Source: Octopus sinensis (Eukaryota). From it: a DNA stretch of 64,000 nucleotides. Below, in pieces: positions 62,801 through 64,000 of this stretch (the first letter of the stretch is position 1; every line of letters begins with the position of its first letter). The position numbers and the translations under genes are program-made. The notes under the pieces are model-generated. The model did no database searches. It had not been told where the DNA came from and saw only the letters and a program-made list of their open reading frames with translations. The stretch lies in contig NC_042998.1 in NCBI RefSeq assembly GCF_006345805.1, positions 59,086,001-59,150,000 of the forward strand. The letters run 5' to 3'.

Positions 62801-63810
62801 TCTCTTTGCTGACGACTGCGCCCTTAATGCAATCGATGAGCAGGAGATGCAGCTCGAGATGGACAGGTTCTCATCAGCCTGTGACAACTTCGGTCTCACC
62901 ATCAGTGCAAAGAAAACCGAAGTGATGTTTCAGCCAGCCCCCGGCAAACAATACCATGAGCCTCAGATAAGGGTGAACGGACGGATCTTACGAGTGGTGG
63001 AAAACTTCACCTACCTGGGCAGCACTCTCTCCTGCAATGCCAACATAGATGCTGAAACCATCAACAGAATCTCCAAGGCAAGCAGCGCATTTGGGAGACT
63101 GCGAAAGAAAGTCTGGGAGCGGAGAGGAATCAGCCTCAACACCAAGCTGAAAGTCTACCGGGCAGTCGTGCTTACCACTCTACTATACGGCTGCGAGACG
63201 TGGACTGCTTACCGAAGGCACGAGCGCCAGATAAACCACTTCCATCTCAGGTGTCTTCGGAATCTCCTTCACATCCGCTGGCAGGACAAAGTCCCAGACA
63301 CGGAAGTTCTGAAGCAGGCAGATCTCCCTAGCACCATCACAATCATGCGCAAGGCCCAGCTGAGATGGGCGGGCCACGTCTCCCGCATGTCCGACACTCG
63401 CATCCCAAAACAGCTCTTCTACGGTGAACTCGGCCAGGGCAGGCGCAAAGTCGGAGGGCAGAAAAAGCGCTACAAGGATAGTCTCAAGGTCTCTCTCAAA
63501 GACTTCTCCATCGGAACAGAGACCTGGGAGACACTTGCTGCCAACCGCTCATCCTGGCGCAGCGCAATCACCGTGGGAGCAGGGACAGCCGAGGAGGGAC
63601 GGATTCGGTCAGCGGAGCAGAAACGTCAGATGCGTAAAGTCAGAGCCGCCTGCACCAGTAGCACTGCCCCTACCCACTTCTGCCCCACCTGTGGGAGGGG
63701 CTTCCTTGCCCGGATTGGCCTCACCAGCCACCTCCGGTCTCATGGCGGCAGTTCCATCAGATGATGTCAGTTGGTCATCTTCGAACCGAAGGACGAACAT
63801 TATTATTATG
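59833..63810 (+). mobile_element. Apparently full-length RTE-clade LINE
   Basis: About 600-bp GC-rich 5' region, one uninterrupted ORF, very short 3' UTR ending in (ATT)n at about 63801-63809. Confidence 0.93.
60435..63764 (+). CDS. RTE polyprotein: APE endonuclease, reverse transcriptase, C-terminal C2H2 finger (1109 aa)
   Basis: True ATG at 60435. TWNVRTL, SETRL, YAPT, GDFNA, HLIDY, TDH; RGISLLS, QCGFR, FVDLTKAFDTV, GVRQGCVLAPTLF, FADDC, YLGS; CPTCGRGFLARIGLTSHLRSH. Confidence 0.95.
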   Translation: MRTGLEKVALNIACLTSPWSANRGWRGSFPSGRNKERRKQTKVLTFATWNVRTLLDNTKADRPERRTALVARELSRYSVDIAALSETRLADKGQLTETGGGYTFFWSGRSSEERREAGVGFAIKSVHVRKLESPPEGINDRLMKMQLPLGNKTSATIISAYAPTMTNPEEVKDRFYEELDSLITSAQPGKLILLGDFNARVGTDHQAWHRVLGKQGIGKCNSNGQLLLRACASHDLTIANTLFRLPTRNKTSWMHPRSKHWHLIDYVIVRAKDRRDVRLVKAMCGADCWTDHRLIISRMDFYIRPKRRPQGQKVTRKLNITKLGNQLTAQDLQSRMDSKLLDIRSDQSSIDEQWESFRDTVHSIALETLGQITRNHQDWFDENDQEIQKLLEEKRRLLRAHQNDTTCTAKKAAFNNIRSTVQAKLRLMQDAWLSAKADEIQGYADKHDTKKFYEALKAVYGPQFSFGSTPLLSSDGTSLLTNKRLILERWAEHFNIVLNRPAQINEEAIARLPQVPTNHELAVPPAVGEVSRAIKKMSTGKAPGSDAIPAEVFKSGGPTMISQLTSLFQSMWDREQLPQDFRDATIVHIYKRKGDRQSCDNHRGISLLSIAGKILARVLLDRLLEHLEQGLLPESQCGFRAGRGTTDMIFAARQLQEKCMEQHLDLCMTFVDLTKAFDTVSREGLWKVMGKFGCPSKFIAIVRQFHDGMTARILEDGDSSEAFQVTNGVRQGCVLAPTLFSIMFSAMMSDAFRDCKSGINIKYRTDGKLFNSRRLQAVTKVRETVVRDFLFADDCALNAIDEQEMQLEMDRFSSACDNFGLTISAKKTEVMFQPAPGKQYHEPQIRVNGRILRVVENFTYLGSTLSCNANIDAETINRISKASSAFGRLRKKVWERRGISLNTKLKVYRAVVLTTLLYGCETWTAYRRHERQINHFHLRCLRNLLHIRWQDKVPDTEVLKQADLPSTITIMRKAQLRWAGHVSRMSDTRIPKQLFYGELGQGRRKVGGQKKRYKDSLKVSLKDFSIGTETWETLAANRSSWRSAITVGAGTAEEGRIRSAEQKRQMRKVRAACTSSTAPTHFCPTCGRGFLARIGLTSHLRSHGGSSIR

Positions 63811-64000
63811 TGTATATATATATATTATATATATATATGTGTGTGTGTGTATATATATATATGTATATATATATGTATGTGTGTATATATATATATGTAA
63901 ATATATATATATATATATTTGTATTTACGTCGGTAAATCATAAATCCGGAATAGAAGCACACTCTAAGTTATGGAACAGTATATTATACACACATACACA

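Noticed and set aside
61500-63800. Minus-strand ORFs such as 62201-62902 and 61866-62423
   Set aside because: Antisense shadows of the GC-rich RTE ORF with no recognisable motifs.

Overview
Eukaryotic, AT-rich, repeat-dense DNA. The SINE families, mariner remnants and compound TA/CA/TACA microsatellites suggest a cephalopod, probably Octopus (inference). I can support no intact host gene, rRNA, tRNA or CRISPR array, and most listed ORFs are microsatellite artefacts. Content: (i) one intact-looking RTE LINE (ORF 60435-63764); (ii) fragments of CR1, Tx1/L1, RTE and R4/Dong-like LINEs, Penelope, mariner and Helitron; (iii) many tRNA-derived SINEs; (iv) a decayed minus-strand locus whose peptide patches resemble SHOC1/ZIP2 (about 10.1-28.2 kb; comparison made from memory, unverified). 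Highlights: a single SINE head split by successive insertions at one regenerated target, AAGAAGCTTGCTTCC, holding an ORF1-only Tx1 derivative and a second Tx1 element (52-57.7 kb); type I hammerhead ribozyme motifs, two of them inside a perfect 130-bp palindrome; SINE/LINE 3' tails with covarying hairpins; and RLE LINE families sitting in (TAA)n and (TACA)n microsatellites. All coordinates were read by eye. Element boundaries are approximate unless stated as exact.
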